64,000 bases of DNA. Origin: Octopus vulgaris. Lineage: Eukaryota. The DNA lies in contig OX597827.1 in assembly GCA_951406725.2 (NCBI GenBank), forward strand, positions 39,494,001 to 39,558,000. Reading direction: 5' to 3'. The notes under the pieces were generated by a model, which was given only the letters and a program-made list of their open reading frames with translations, made no database searches and was not told the DNA's origin. Shown here piece by piece: positions 12,876 through 24,659 of the stretch. The position numbers and the translations under genes are program-made. How positions within the stretch are numbered: the stretch's first letter is position 1; each line of letters opens with the position of its first letter.

Positions 12876-12925
<50 letters not shown>

Positions 12926-13012
12926 TATTAGAGACAAAACCACTATTTTGCAAAACAAACAAGGAAAGACTTAATCAATACATAAAATTTTAATAAATAG
13001 TCAAAAAAACCG

Positions 13013-13055
13013 CCACTACAATTGTTTCTTGTCTTGATCGACAATCTTCAGGTGG
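13013..13055 (-). ncRNA. Minimal type I hammerhead ribozyme, intact core
   Basis: Minus strand reads CCAC CUGAAGA UUGUC-GAUCAA-GACAA GAAA CAAUUG UA^GUGG. It has a 4 bp stem I, a 5 bp stem II and a palindromic short stem III (ACAAUUGU). The GUA cleavage site falls between 13017 and 13016. Confidence 0.85.
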
Positions 13056-16000
13056 ACTTCCAATCTAAAATATCAATATTTTAAAATATAAAAATAATAA
13101 TTTTAAAATAATTAAAGTATGAATGAAAAAATATAAATATATAATCCATATATAACCTATATATAATCCATATATAATCAATATATAAACAATATATAAA
13201 CTAAAATAAACCTATCAACAATTAAATATAAAATATAAAATATAAAACAAAAGAAAATAATAATATAATAATAAACTATATATACACCCATACACATATA
13301 CCTAATTATATATAACCATATCTAACTACATACACTAAATCACACACCTATATATATATCCCTATACATACACATAAAAACGTCTAGGCAACTATAAATA
13401 AATAAAATAGCTAAATACTTCAACACAAAACTTATTCATACTCCCACACACACACACATACAACCCACATTCACGCTCTAGAAAACGGACATCACTTAAA
13501 ATTATGAACGGAGAAATGGAATAAATGGAATTAAAAATTATATTCACTTGGTAAAACGAACACTACTTAAAAATTATGAATGAAACAATGCAATAAAACA
13601 ACAGACATCGCAAATAGACACAAATTACTACGAATTCCTTAACAAACCTACCATGATAAACCAAAACTCATAAAAACATATAATGATAAAATCTCCCTTT
13701 ACTAAACTCTATAACATACCTATATAGCAATCCCCCTAACCTAAACATTCACACACAAATACACACACATAAACCACACACCCACGACATATACAAATAC
13801 CCACACCACTTACACATACCTATACATACATATAAACCTCAACATATACTCCAAAAACCCACTCAACCCCACACAGACAAATAAACACAAAAATTATGAA
13901 TGGATTCTTTTATAAAACTACCATGATAAGCTAAAACTCACAAAACATAAATGATAAAACCTCCCTTTACTAAACACTATAACATACTTATATAGCAATC
14001 CCTTTAACCTATACATTCACACACAAATACACACACGTAAACCACACACCCATAACAAATACAAACACCCACCCCACTCACACACACCCACAAGTACATA
14101 TAAGCCTCAACATATACACCAAACAAAATTACTTTACCAAGGAACTTAACATATGTATAAAAAATATATAACCGCTCTGGAAACGAACATCTTTAAAACA
14201 ATGAATGGAGAAATGGAATAAATGGAATTAAAAATAATATTCACGTGGCAAAACGAACACCACTCAAAAATTATGAATGAAACAATGTAATAAAACAACC
14301 AACATCGAAAATAGACAAATTACCACGAATTCCCTAAAAAAAAAAAAAACCATGATAAACCAAAACTCTTAAAAACATATAACGATAAAATCTCCCTTTG
14401 CTAAACTCTATAACAAACCTATATAGCAATCCCCCTAACCTAAACATTCACACACAAAAAAACACACACGTAAACCACAGACCCACAACTTATACACATA
14501 CCTATACTAACTTATAAACCTCAATATACACCAAAAACCCACTCCCTCCCCACACAGACAAATTAACACATACATCCCAAAACCTAAATAACAAACCCAT
14601 ATACACATTCACACACAAACACACACACACGCAAAACACACACACACAACAGATACATATACTCCCTCAATATACGCATATACATACTCACTAAACTCGA
14701 TATATACAACAATATTTACACACCCACACTCATACAGATAAATAAATTATACAACTAAAAAGTCACACACAATCTCATATACATAAACACTCCAATAAAA
14801 AACAACATTAAATACATCGTAATTAACCAGAATATCAAAAATAACAATATGACATAAGGAGAAATAAAATACATACTTACAAGTCAGTTTCAAATTATGA
14901 AGTGAAATTAAATTCTTAGCCGTTAAAAAAATCAAACCAAAATTACGTTACCATAGAAATATAACTTATGTAAAAAAAGAATACGCGCCATGGAAAGTAA
15001 ATGTCATTTAAAATTATGAATGGAGAAATAGAATAAATGGAACTAAAAACTATATACACGTGGCAAACCATCACTACTTAAAAAAAAAATTTATTATGAA
15101 TGGATTCTTTAATAAAACTACCATAATAATAAATTATTATATACATTTATGAGCTTTAGCTCATCTTAGCAGCTCTAACAAACAACTTGCAGTAACCCAA
15201 ATCTATTCTCGATGCCTGCCTTACTACTACACTATTCCATTCCCAATTCCAAGCAACGCTAGCCCACCACCTGGTTACAATTCCCAACTCCACCCATTCA
15301 TTCACAATTTCAACTACGTTCACCTCCACAGCGCTACATATAAGCCTCAACATATACACCGGAGATTCGCTTTCACATCCGTGCGGATGGGTGAGAGTAT
15401 ACATTAAGTGTAGTGATGGGGCTCCCATTACTATACACATTTGTACCTGTGTGGTAGTCTCCATGTGTATATTCACGCACGGGTATAAATGCAGGGGGTA
15501 CACGCGCACGGCATGTACGTGTACCCCCTCACATGTACATATGCATGCTAGTTGGGCTTGATATGTGCAACAATGTAATCGCGCCCGCATACATGCATAT
15601 GGGTGAATTGCACAATCAAAATACGCACACGTGTTTGTGCGTTCCCTGGTTGTGCAATTCACCCATCTGGGTGTGAGTGGGTGTATGCGTATTGCTGTGG
15701 ATGTCGAGCTTAATACGTATGTATATGAGTGTGTATTGGGGGGTTGTACGTATTTATTGTGTGCATGTGCTTCACGCACGTGCGTCCATGTATGGATGAA
15801 TATATTGGGATTGCTATGTGGGTGTAAATTGGGTATGGAGGGGGAGTTTTGTCATTGTATGGGTGTAGGTTTCATTTGTGATGGTTGTTTGTTGGTGATA
15901 TTTAATATGTTCTGTATATTTGGGTTAGTTATGTATTATTCTAGTGTGTATAATTGTATACATATGATTGGTGTAAGTGGGATTAAGCCCATTTGGGGAT

Positions 16001-16575
16001 GTATGTGTTTATTTGTCCGTATGGGGCGGGAGTGGCCGTTTGGTGTATATTTTGAGGCTCACATACAATTCCAGGTACGCGCGAATGAAGTGGGCACTTA
16101 TATTTGTTATGGGTGTGTATACTTTATTATAACAGACAATACCCAAATAAAATCTGTCAATTCAACATACCAAATAAAAAACAAAAAACAAAGGGATCGT
16201 AAACATTCACACATACATACAAAACTCAATAAAACCCCACTAAATAACACCCATCAACATATAAATATATCCTCCAAAATACATATAACAAATGCATAAT
16301 AAAAATACATAATAAAATAAAATAAAAATAAAAAAATAAAAAAAAAATTTTTAAAAATATATATAAATAAAGAAAATAAAAAAATCTAATATAAATTATT
16401 AAAGTTTTAACATACCATAAACTGTTATATTAATATACATTAAAATGAACTAATTAAAACAAAGAAATATCAATAAAGACTAACTATAATTAAAGCCTAG
16501 ACTACATAACCAAAAAATATATTATCTAAACTAATTTAAACTAAACTAAAGTAATCTAATAGGGAACTATTATTG

Positions 16576-16740
16576 CTATTTATCATGAAACTTATTATAT
16601 AGGTAAAGTAACTTATGTCTGCATTTTATTTTGCGCTCTTCACCAGTATTAAGTAAATTATCATACTTATAAAATAAAATTTCTTTAAACTCATTAGAGC
16701 ATAAATAACAACAATTAGCTCCTATAGTATATGATTTAGT
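16576..16740 (-). pseudogene. C-terminal fragment of a Penelope-like RT/GIY-YIG endonuclease ORF
   Basis: Open frame TKSYTIGANCCYLCSNEFKEILFYKYDNLLNTGEERKIKCRHKLLYLYNKFHDK*. It matches the CxLCxxE...LLN..E....CRH ending seen in invertebrate Penelope-like proteins and is cut exactly at the inverted-repeat junction (16740/16741). Confidence 0.75.
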
Positions 16741-17163
16741 TTGTCGATCAAGACAAGAAACAATTGTAGTGGCGGTTTTTTTGACTATTTATTAAAATTT
16801 TATGTATTGATTAAGTCTTTCCTTGTTTGTTTTGCAAAATAGTGGTTTTGTCTCTAATAATATTTTATAATATTTTACTATAAAATTGGATTTAATCCTA
16901 AATCTGATTTTTTCCCTGTAAATTTGGATTTATTCCCTAATATTTATTATTATATATATATATATATATATATAGAGGAAAAATTTAAATGTCACTAAAT
17001 GTGACTGAGGATGTCAAAGCACCTACATTGCTAGAAATAAATGTTAAAAACTCTTAATTCTTACAGTTCTATAACCACTACACCATATGCCCATGGGCAT
17101 ATGGCATAGCAGTGAAGAGCGCTACTAACTCCAAGATTCTGAGGTTTTTTTTCCAAGCAGTGA

Positions 17164-17199
<36 letters not shown>

Positions 17200-17208
17200 T
17201 AATAATAA

Positions 17209-17254
<46 letters not shown>

Positions 17255-17255
<1 letters not shown>

Positions 17256-18323
17256 TTGCTATTGATCTCGTGCAGGATACCCAAACTGAACAACCCGAGG
17301 GAAGTACGGCAACTATTGTTGCAAAGAAGGTGAAAATGATGGCAATGAAAAAAGCGCACGAGCAATTGGCTGATAGGTGGGAGGAGAAACCTCTGCACGG
17401 CAAATATGTGACCCGCAGCAAACAAGCTGATGTTGACCAGAAGCAAACCCATCAGTGGCTGCGGAGCTCAGGGCTAAAAGCAGAGAGCGAAGGTTTCATC
17501 CTGGCTGCTCAAGATCAAAGCCTATTAACCCGGAACTACCAGGCCAATGTGATGAAAAATGGAGCAGACCCAAAATGCCGATTCTGCAACGACATGATTG
17601 AAACAGTGGACCATCTAATCTCTGGATGTAAAGTCTTAGCACCAGTGGAGTATAAATTAAAACATGACAGAGTTGGCCAATATCTACACTGGCTAATAAG
17701 TCGGCATTACAATATCAAAACTGCCGACAAGTGGTATAATCACCACCCTGAGGCTGTAACTGAAGGAGAAAATGTAACCATTCTGTGGGACTTTCCAGTA
17801 CATACAGACCGAACCATCAAGGCCAATAAACCAGATATTGTTGTGAAAGACCAAAACAATAAAGTTTGCTTATTGATCGACATGAGCATCCCCTGTGATC
17901 ATAATATCTCAGCGAAAGAGTTTGACAAGCTCAGAAAATATAAAGACCTACTCATTGAAATTGAGAAAATGTGGCATCTCAAGGCGGTTACAATACCAGT
18001 GATCGTAGGAGCACTAGGAATGATCAAGAAGGGAACCGAAAATTATATGAGAATGATCCCTGACTTACCATCCCTGCAAGAAGTGCAAAAGATTGTCTTA
18101 ACTGGTACATCACACGTATTGAGAAGAGCATTGTCGATGTGAGAACTGTTGCTGCTCATGTATTTTAATTTAACTTTAAAAAAAAAAAAAAAAAAAAAAA
18201 AATTAACGAACTACTGAGTTTGGTTTAATGGCCTACCAATATACACTATGAGTTTCTTTTGCCCTAGGAGTCGGGAAGACACTCGGCAAGAAATGGAAGA
18301 AAATTTGAAAGAAGAAAAAAAAA

Positions 18324-18325
<2 letters not shown>
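17255..18325 (+). mobile_element. R4/Dong-type non-LTR retrotransposon, 5'-truncated, with an intact 290 aa C-terminal ORF (17270-18142)
   Basis: CCHC knuckle CRFC...ETVDHLISGC, KHD motif, restriction-like endonuclease KPDIVV..D...IDMSIP...KE..K..KY, IPVIVGALG. Flanked by (AAT)n. Confidence 0.9.
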
Positions 18326-18393
<68 letters not shown>

Positions 18394-18394
18394 T

Positions 18395-18588
18395 AGCATT
18401 GTCGATGTGAGAACTGTTGCTGCTCATGTATTTTAATTTAACTTTAAAAAAAAAAAAAAAAAAAAATGAACGAACTACTGAGTTTGGTTTAATGGCCTAC
18501 CAATATACACTATGAGTTTCTTTGCCCTAGGAGTCGGGAAGACACTCGGCAAGAAATGGAAGAAAATTTGAAAGAAGAAAAAAAAAAA
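18395..18588 (+). mobile_element. Second copy of the R4/Dong 3' end
   Basis: Near-identical to 18127-18325 and separated from it by (AAT)n. Confidence 0.9.
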
Positions 18589-18629
<41 letters not shown>

Positions 18630-18636
18630 TAATAAC

Positions 18637-19121
18637 ATTGTTTTGTCTTGGTATAAAAGATGGGCTACAGCAAATATTCTGCTCAATACCACAGATTTGC
18701 TTGTCAGTTGTTTGACCTTAACCAGTTGAGCATGTCCCTTAGTGGCTGACGATATGTGCATCTCTGATCACGAGCAGAAGTAGTGGGGGAGCATCATAGC
18801 CATGTGTTGAGAGGGATTCTTTGGGGTTTGAATAGTTCACCTCTGGAAACATGGGTGGTTCTTTCAACATCCTTAAACAACCCTTATTCAGGGACCGTTT
18901 GAGCGGGATGGGATACTCAACCTGAAGAAAATTCTAACTGGGCCCCACTTGCAAGGTCATGTGCTGTTTATCTTGATATGAGATCACCATGTCGCGCACA
19001 TATGGTTGTGATGCATGTGCCTGGTGTACCTTTATCAGACGGGTAGTCATGATGGGTATATTGGGCTTCGTATATTTTACCCCAGTGTCACTTTGATGGC
19101 ATGAACTGCTCTCTCACTCAA
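18637..19121 (+). mobile_element. Non-coding (TAA)n-embedded interspersed repeat; second copy at 40322-40495 (-)
   Basis: The 3' part (...gcatgaactgctctctcactcaataataa) is the reverse complement of 40322-40495. Both copies are flanked by (AAT)n in their sense orientation. Confidence 0.7.
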
Positions 19122-19156
19122 TAATAATAATAATATTAATAATAATAATAATAATA

Positions 19157-19310
19157 ACATCGAAAACTACCTTAGGAATGAGAGTCCAGATTCGAAATTT
19201 CCCCAAGACATCTAATGAAGGCTGGAGATTATATCAGCCAAAACGTTGTGTTAACAACAAACAAGATGAGGACAAATATCCGTCAAATGTAAATAATGTA
19301 AATAATGTAC
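19157..19310 (+). mobile_element. Short repeat with a decayed minimal hammerhead (19207-19252)
   Basis: gacat CTAATGA a ggctg-gagattatat-cagcc AAAA cg TT^gtgtt. Stems I and II pair, while both catalytic boxes carry a G>A change. The element ends in tgtaaataa repeats. Confidence 0.55.
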
Positions 19311-19480
19311 CTTAATTCTTTTTACTAACAGTTACATTTAGTGATGATTAAATTTTTCTTTTATGGTATTACATTGTGCCTAGCTGTTTATATTATTTTC
19401 ATATATATATATATATCATCACCATGTATATATGTACATGTGTATATATATGTGTGTGTGTATATATGCATACATACATC

Positions 19481-19853
19481 TCTCTCTATATAAACGGCAG
19501 TTTGTCTGTGTGTGTTTCTGTGTGTCTGTTAGCTTGTACCCTCACCCTGACCACAGCTTTCAACCGATTCTGATGAAACTTAACACACACATAGCCCAGT
19601 GTCATAATTCAAAACTAGCGCAGAGAAAATTTTGAAAAGTTCCCCCAGTTCTGAGAAAAATCGATAAATTCGACATGGGGTCGAGAATCCGAAACACAAA
19701 CCACAGACTGTCTAGGGGACGCAACTCGGCCGTTTTAACTCTCAAAAAAAAAATTACCATAATTTTTTTTCCATTTTTTGGGCTATAACTCTCTAAAAAT
19801 GCTTTATAGTTATTTCCCTTACAAACCCGAGCAACGCCGGGCGATACTGCTAG
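19481..19853 (+). mobile_element. Non-autonomous Helitron
   Basis: 5' TCTCTATATAAA, subterminal hairpin cccgagcaacgccggg, 3' CTAG followed by T. Confidence 0.85.
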
Positions 19854-19904
<51 letters not shown>

Positions 19905-19948
19905 GTGTATATATATATGTATTTCTATGTATCTCTCCCTCTCCCCCC

Positions 19949-19979
<31 letters not shown>

Positions 19980-20013
19980 GATATATGTGTATGTATGTAT
20001 GTATATTTATATA

Positions 20014-20057
<44 letters not shown>

Positions 20058-20302
20058 ATGTAAATAGATATGTGTGTGTGTGTTAGTGTGTATAAAGTTT
20101 TGAAACAGCTGCTAGTGTGTTGTAACACTTTTGGCACCCTATTTATTGTATGCCATTGATGGGGAAAAGTTGCAAACCATTGCATGCCATAATGTAGTCA
20201 TATACACTGCTCAGTTGAGGCTGAACCGGAGGTAAACAAAACAACAGCAACAACAACAACATCAACAACAATGACAACACTAAGCAAACAATGATTTACA
20301 AG

Positions 20303-20334
<32 letters not shown>

Positions 20335-21050
20335 ACAATAACAGCAAAACAAACAATGCCAACAGCTACAGCAACATCATCCAACCACTTGCGAAGTATG
20401 GCGCCTAAATAAAGAAATAGATAAAACAAGCAAAAAGAAAAAAAAAACAAAAAAACACACACCCATCTTACACACCCACTCATGGCACAGGATGTGTTCA
20501 GATCCAGTGGCTTGTTATTATAAAGATGCCACTTGATCTCTCAGTATGGCGCAGACAAACCAAACTGCCTGTCAGCAATGCAGGGTAGGGTTTTGAAGAG
20601 TTTGTGAAAGGAAACTGCATCAAGTTTACTCTTTCTTTTAACGATGTTTGATGTGTTAATTAGGATTATATGCGCATTTTGTTTTGCGATAATTGTTTTT
20701 TATATGGTGTGTGGGTGGACATGTGGGTGTGTTGGTCGTTGGGATGGTGGTTGGTCAGGTGATAGGTAGGTGGGAGGCTGTTGTATTTTTGGTGTATTTC
20801 GGGTTAAAGAGACTTTGTACATAGAGGATACCTCAGGTTGCTAGAAACAACAGTCAAATCTTCCAATAAATCAAACTCTGCCTTTTTAAGGAAAAAGAAG
20901 ACTATATGTCAACTATCTTCTAGCATTAAATATTGTAAAAAAGACAAATGTCAAGACTATCCCTCCACATACTGTTTCTATTTAATCCAAACCAAACCAA
21001 CTATTTCCCCCATATGTGTGTATGTGCATGTGTGTGTGTGTGTGTGTGTG

Positions 21051-22146
21051 TGGATCGACTACATTCTCATCAGAAAGCGAGATACATGATTGTTCACAAA
21101 TGCAAAGACCTTCCCTGATGAAGAATGTACCCCTCAGCATATGTTAGTCATCAGTGACTTCAAACTACAGGCAAGAAGGATTCCAAGAAGCAGACCAGTC
21201 TGGGAAAGAAGGATTTGGAAGCTTAAGGATCCTTTGAATTGTCAGAGGTTTGGAGACGACTCAACAACCATTTCATGAGGAGGAGAAGTTACAGACATGT
21301 GACATTGAGGACAACTTGAAGTTCTTACATGACAACTTACTGATAGCCACTGACCAACTTTGTGGCTGGTGCAAAGTCCCAACCCTAGGGTGACATGGCG
21401 GTGGAACAGTGTAGTTGACAGGGCCATTAAAGCAATGAAACAGGCCTGAAAGGACAAGAAAGGTGGTAGTAGCAAAGACCTATATTAGGTAGCTAGAAGG
21501 GAAGCTAGGAAGCAGGTATACTTAGCCAAGGAAGAAGCAGAAAGGAAGAAGCTTGCCAATGTTCTGCAGTATGAGGACCTGTGACTTGAGGTGTTTTGGT
21601 TTGCAAGACAGTGTCTCAGGGAAATTCATGATATTGCAAGAGAGAAGTGTGTTTGCATGGATGATGGTTCACATGCAGTTATTGACTCTGCAAAGAAAGA
21701 GGCATGGAAGTGCCACTGTGAAAAGGCTTCTAAATATAGAGAACACTTGGAAGAAGGAGAATCTGCCTAATGTGGACTCAACTTAGGGACCAGCTATCTG
21801 AATAGACAGTAGCTTGGTGATACCTTAAACAGAAATAATTACCTAGGTATCAAATTGCTGAACCAGGTGATGAAAATTACAGAGGATCATAGCTCAACTA
21901 TTTTGGAAGATAGTTAGTCAAGATGAGATGCCATTTGGTTTTGTACCAGGGAGAAGCACTACTGATGCTCTACTCCTGGTAAGGCAGCTACAGGAGAAGT
22001 ATCTAGCCAAAAATAAACTTCTGTACATGGCTTTTGTTGAAGAAAGCTTTTGTTAGGGACCCCATTCCCTTATCTGGTGGTCAATGCAGTGGCTAGGGAT
22101 ATATGAATGGTTGGTGGAAGCTGTTCAAGACATATACAGGGATGCA
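21051..22146 (+). mobile_element. RTE-clade LINE fragment (APE end to RT start), decayed
   Basis: IDYILIRKRD, ECTPQHMLVISDF, RRIWKLKD, FGFVPGRSTTDAL.LVRQLQEKY. Multiple stops and frameshifts. Confidence 0.85.
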
Positions 22147-22618
22147 TATATACAGAGAAAGAGAGAGAGAGGGAGAGGGGGGCATAGATATATAATACAC
22201 ACACACACATGATAGTATATGTATATCTTTAGACATTACATGTACACACCCACCGGCAGAGTGCTTTTGGTTAATCACATTTACTTTTCTCCTTATCCAA
22301 TTTCCTACTTCCTTTACTTCCTAACTCCTCCCACTAAGAGAATATATATCCGTGTGCGTGAATATGTATATAAATGTGGATATATTTGTATGCATGTCTT
22401 AATTACATATATATATGTATGTATGTAAGTATGTATGTATGTATGTATGTATGTATGTATGTATGTATGTATGTATGTATGTATGTATGTGTGTGTGTGT
22501 GTGTGCAAATATATATATACACACACAAACAGAAAGACATACACACACACACCGAATATTTGTCACATATTATATTTACAGATATATATATATATATATT
22601 CTTTTATTCATTTATTTT

Positions 22619-22948
22619 TTTACTTGTTTCAGTCATTCTATCAGTCTTTTTTGCTGAACTGTTAAGTTACGGGGACGTAAACACACTAACACTGGTTGTC
22701 AGGTGATAGAGGGAGGACAAACATAGACACACAAACACATACAAACATATACACACACATACATATATACATCCATCCATCCATCCATACATACATACAT
22801 ACATGCATACACACATACACACACACACACATACACACACACATACAATGTGCTTCTTTCGGTTTCCATCTACCAAATCCACTCACAAGGAGCCATGGGA
22901 CTGAACCTGGAACCTTGTAGTTGGTAAGCAAGCTACTTACCACACACC
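22619..22948 (-). mobile_element. SINE family A
   Basis: Same family, with internal deletions. Other decayed copies at about 6920-7050, 12420-12670, 23190-23350, 28640-28845 and 42330-42490. Confidence 0.75.
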
Positions 22949-23064
22949 CACATTTTTTAACAAGAGTGGTATTTACTGACTTTAAAGTTTTGGCTAGCTA
23001 AACCATGATTGGACAAGCCAATGATGGCTTAAAAGGATAAATATAAAGAGACAGACAGACAGAC

Positions 23065-23131
<67 letters not shown>

Positions 23132-23723
23132 TAGACAGATAGACAGATAGATAGACAGACAGACAGATCAATAAATACATAGATATAGTCACAAGCATGG
23201 CTGTGCAGTTAAGAATCTTGCTTTCCAACCATGTACTCTCAGATTTAATTCTACTGCATAGAACCTTGAGCAAGTTTTTTTTTCTGCTACAGCGCATGAC
23301 TGATCAAAGCCTTGTGAGTGGATTCGGTCAGCAGAAAGTAAAAAAGACACATTCTATATACATGTGTGTGTGTGTGTGTTTGTGTATCATCATCATTTAA
23401 CATCTGTTGTCCATGCATTGGAATATGTATGTATGTGGGTGTTTGCATGTACTTTTGTTTTGACAGCATATTATGATTTTAAACAACGGTGTCTATCGTA
23501 CAAGTGATGTTGTTCATTTCCAGTCTTCCATGAACAACATGACAAGCCATAGGAAAATATTACCTTGCTTGGAAGCAGGTAAAAGTAAAACACATCACAT
23601 CCTTGCTAACCTACACCACTATACCTGTTCACACCTCTGTATGCATATACATTCTCCAAAAATCTACATACACCACTTTGTTCTTTTATGTCTATCTGAA
23701 AACAAGGATACACTCCTATATGT

Positions 23724-23749
<26 letters not shown>

Positions 23750-23761
<12 letters not shown>

Positions 23762-24041
23762 CTTCCTCCCTTCAAATCTAAATTCTCCTACCATAAAAGA
23801 ACTGCATTTCCACTTGGATCCTAATCGCTCACCCATATTTTTGCTCTCTTCTCAACCACTTTTCCTCCTTTACAATCCTCCTATGCTCCTCTTCTGATGA
23901 AGGACTAATACACGAAATGTAAAAACACTTTCTCTTCCTTCTTTTCAGAATTACACTAATACGGTATTTGTTAAAACTTAAACTTCTTTTATGGTCTTTT
24001 CTTTTTCTGTTTTTGTTCATTACATTACATTTCCTATACAC

Positions 24042-24045
<4 letters not shown>
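23750..24045 (+). mobile_element. Pyrimidine-rich Penelope-like terminal fragment with a degenerate hammerhead-like motif (23890-23925)
   Basis: ctctt CTGATGA aggactaatacac GAAA tg TA aaaac. Core boxes are present but the stems are poor. Confidence 0.35.
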
Positions 24046-24077
<32 letters not shown>

Positions 24078-24189
24078 GTACATATATAAATATATATATA
24101 TATATATATACATACACACACACACATATATATACACATATATATGTATGTATATGTGTATATATGTGAGTATATATATATATATTATA

Positions 24190-24571
24190 CTAGCAGTATC
24201 GCCCGGCATTGCTCAGATTTGTTTCGACTCTTTAGAATTGGAATTTTTGAAAAGTCAAAATTTTGCATTATGTAGCTTGTTATTCTCTTTAAGTGAACAT
24301 TTTTCTGGTTGAAATACACCAAAAAATGGCAACACAGCAGTAAAAAAATAAGGATTTTCATAGAAAAAAAGCACCTTTTTGATGTAAATAATTTTTGGTG
24401 TTAACATGGTCTGATTTGAATTTTTTCTTCTACTGAAGGAAGAGCAAGCCTTCTTCTATCATACTCTTAATTTGGGTCAACTTGCGCCGCAGGGTCTCGG
24501 AGGAGATAGTGTTAGTTGAAGGCTACCAAACCTGTCATACACAGACAACTTCAGCTTTATATATAGAGAGA
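24190..24571 (-). mobile_element. Non-autonomous Helitron
   Basis: Begins ctagcagtatcgcccggcattgctc, the reverse complement of the end at 19826-19853. The other end is tttatatatagaga. Confidence 0.8.
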
Positions 24572-24659
24572 TTTATAAACATATATACATATACATACAT
24601 ATGTACCCTTATGAATAATATATATATATATATATATATATAGATATCATTATTCACAT

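Larger units (their letters stand above)
12916..16950 (-). mobile_element. 5'-truncated Penelope-like retroelement with an inverted terminal repeat copy, inserted in (TA)n
   Basis: A ~129 bp inverted repeat, identical by eye, at 12916-13044 and 16741-16869. The right copy continues into an ~80 bp unique tail. The left copy carries a hammerhead motif, and a GIY-YIG-type C-terminal peptide abuts the right copy. (TA)n lies on both sides. Confidence 0.8.

Noticed and set aside
13060-15150. A/C-rich skewed repeat region resembling a mitochondrial control region (NUMT)
   Set aside because: No mitochondrial gene or tRNA is recognisable, and it lies between Penelope-like landmarks. A BLASTN against the mitogenome would settle it.
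15156-16299. ORFs of 207 aa (-) and 222 aa (+) inside the Penelope-like element
   Set aside because: No recognisable domain. They overlap an inverted repeat and hairpin island whose higher GC and skew lower the stop-codon frequency. A cargo peptide in 15156-15335 cannot be fully excluded.
12916-16869. Reading the 129 bp inverted repeats as DNA-transposon TIRs
   Set aside because: They are asymmetric (one has an extra tail, the other an extra ribozyme core), there is no transposase, and a PLE-type peptide is truncated exactly at the junction.
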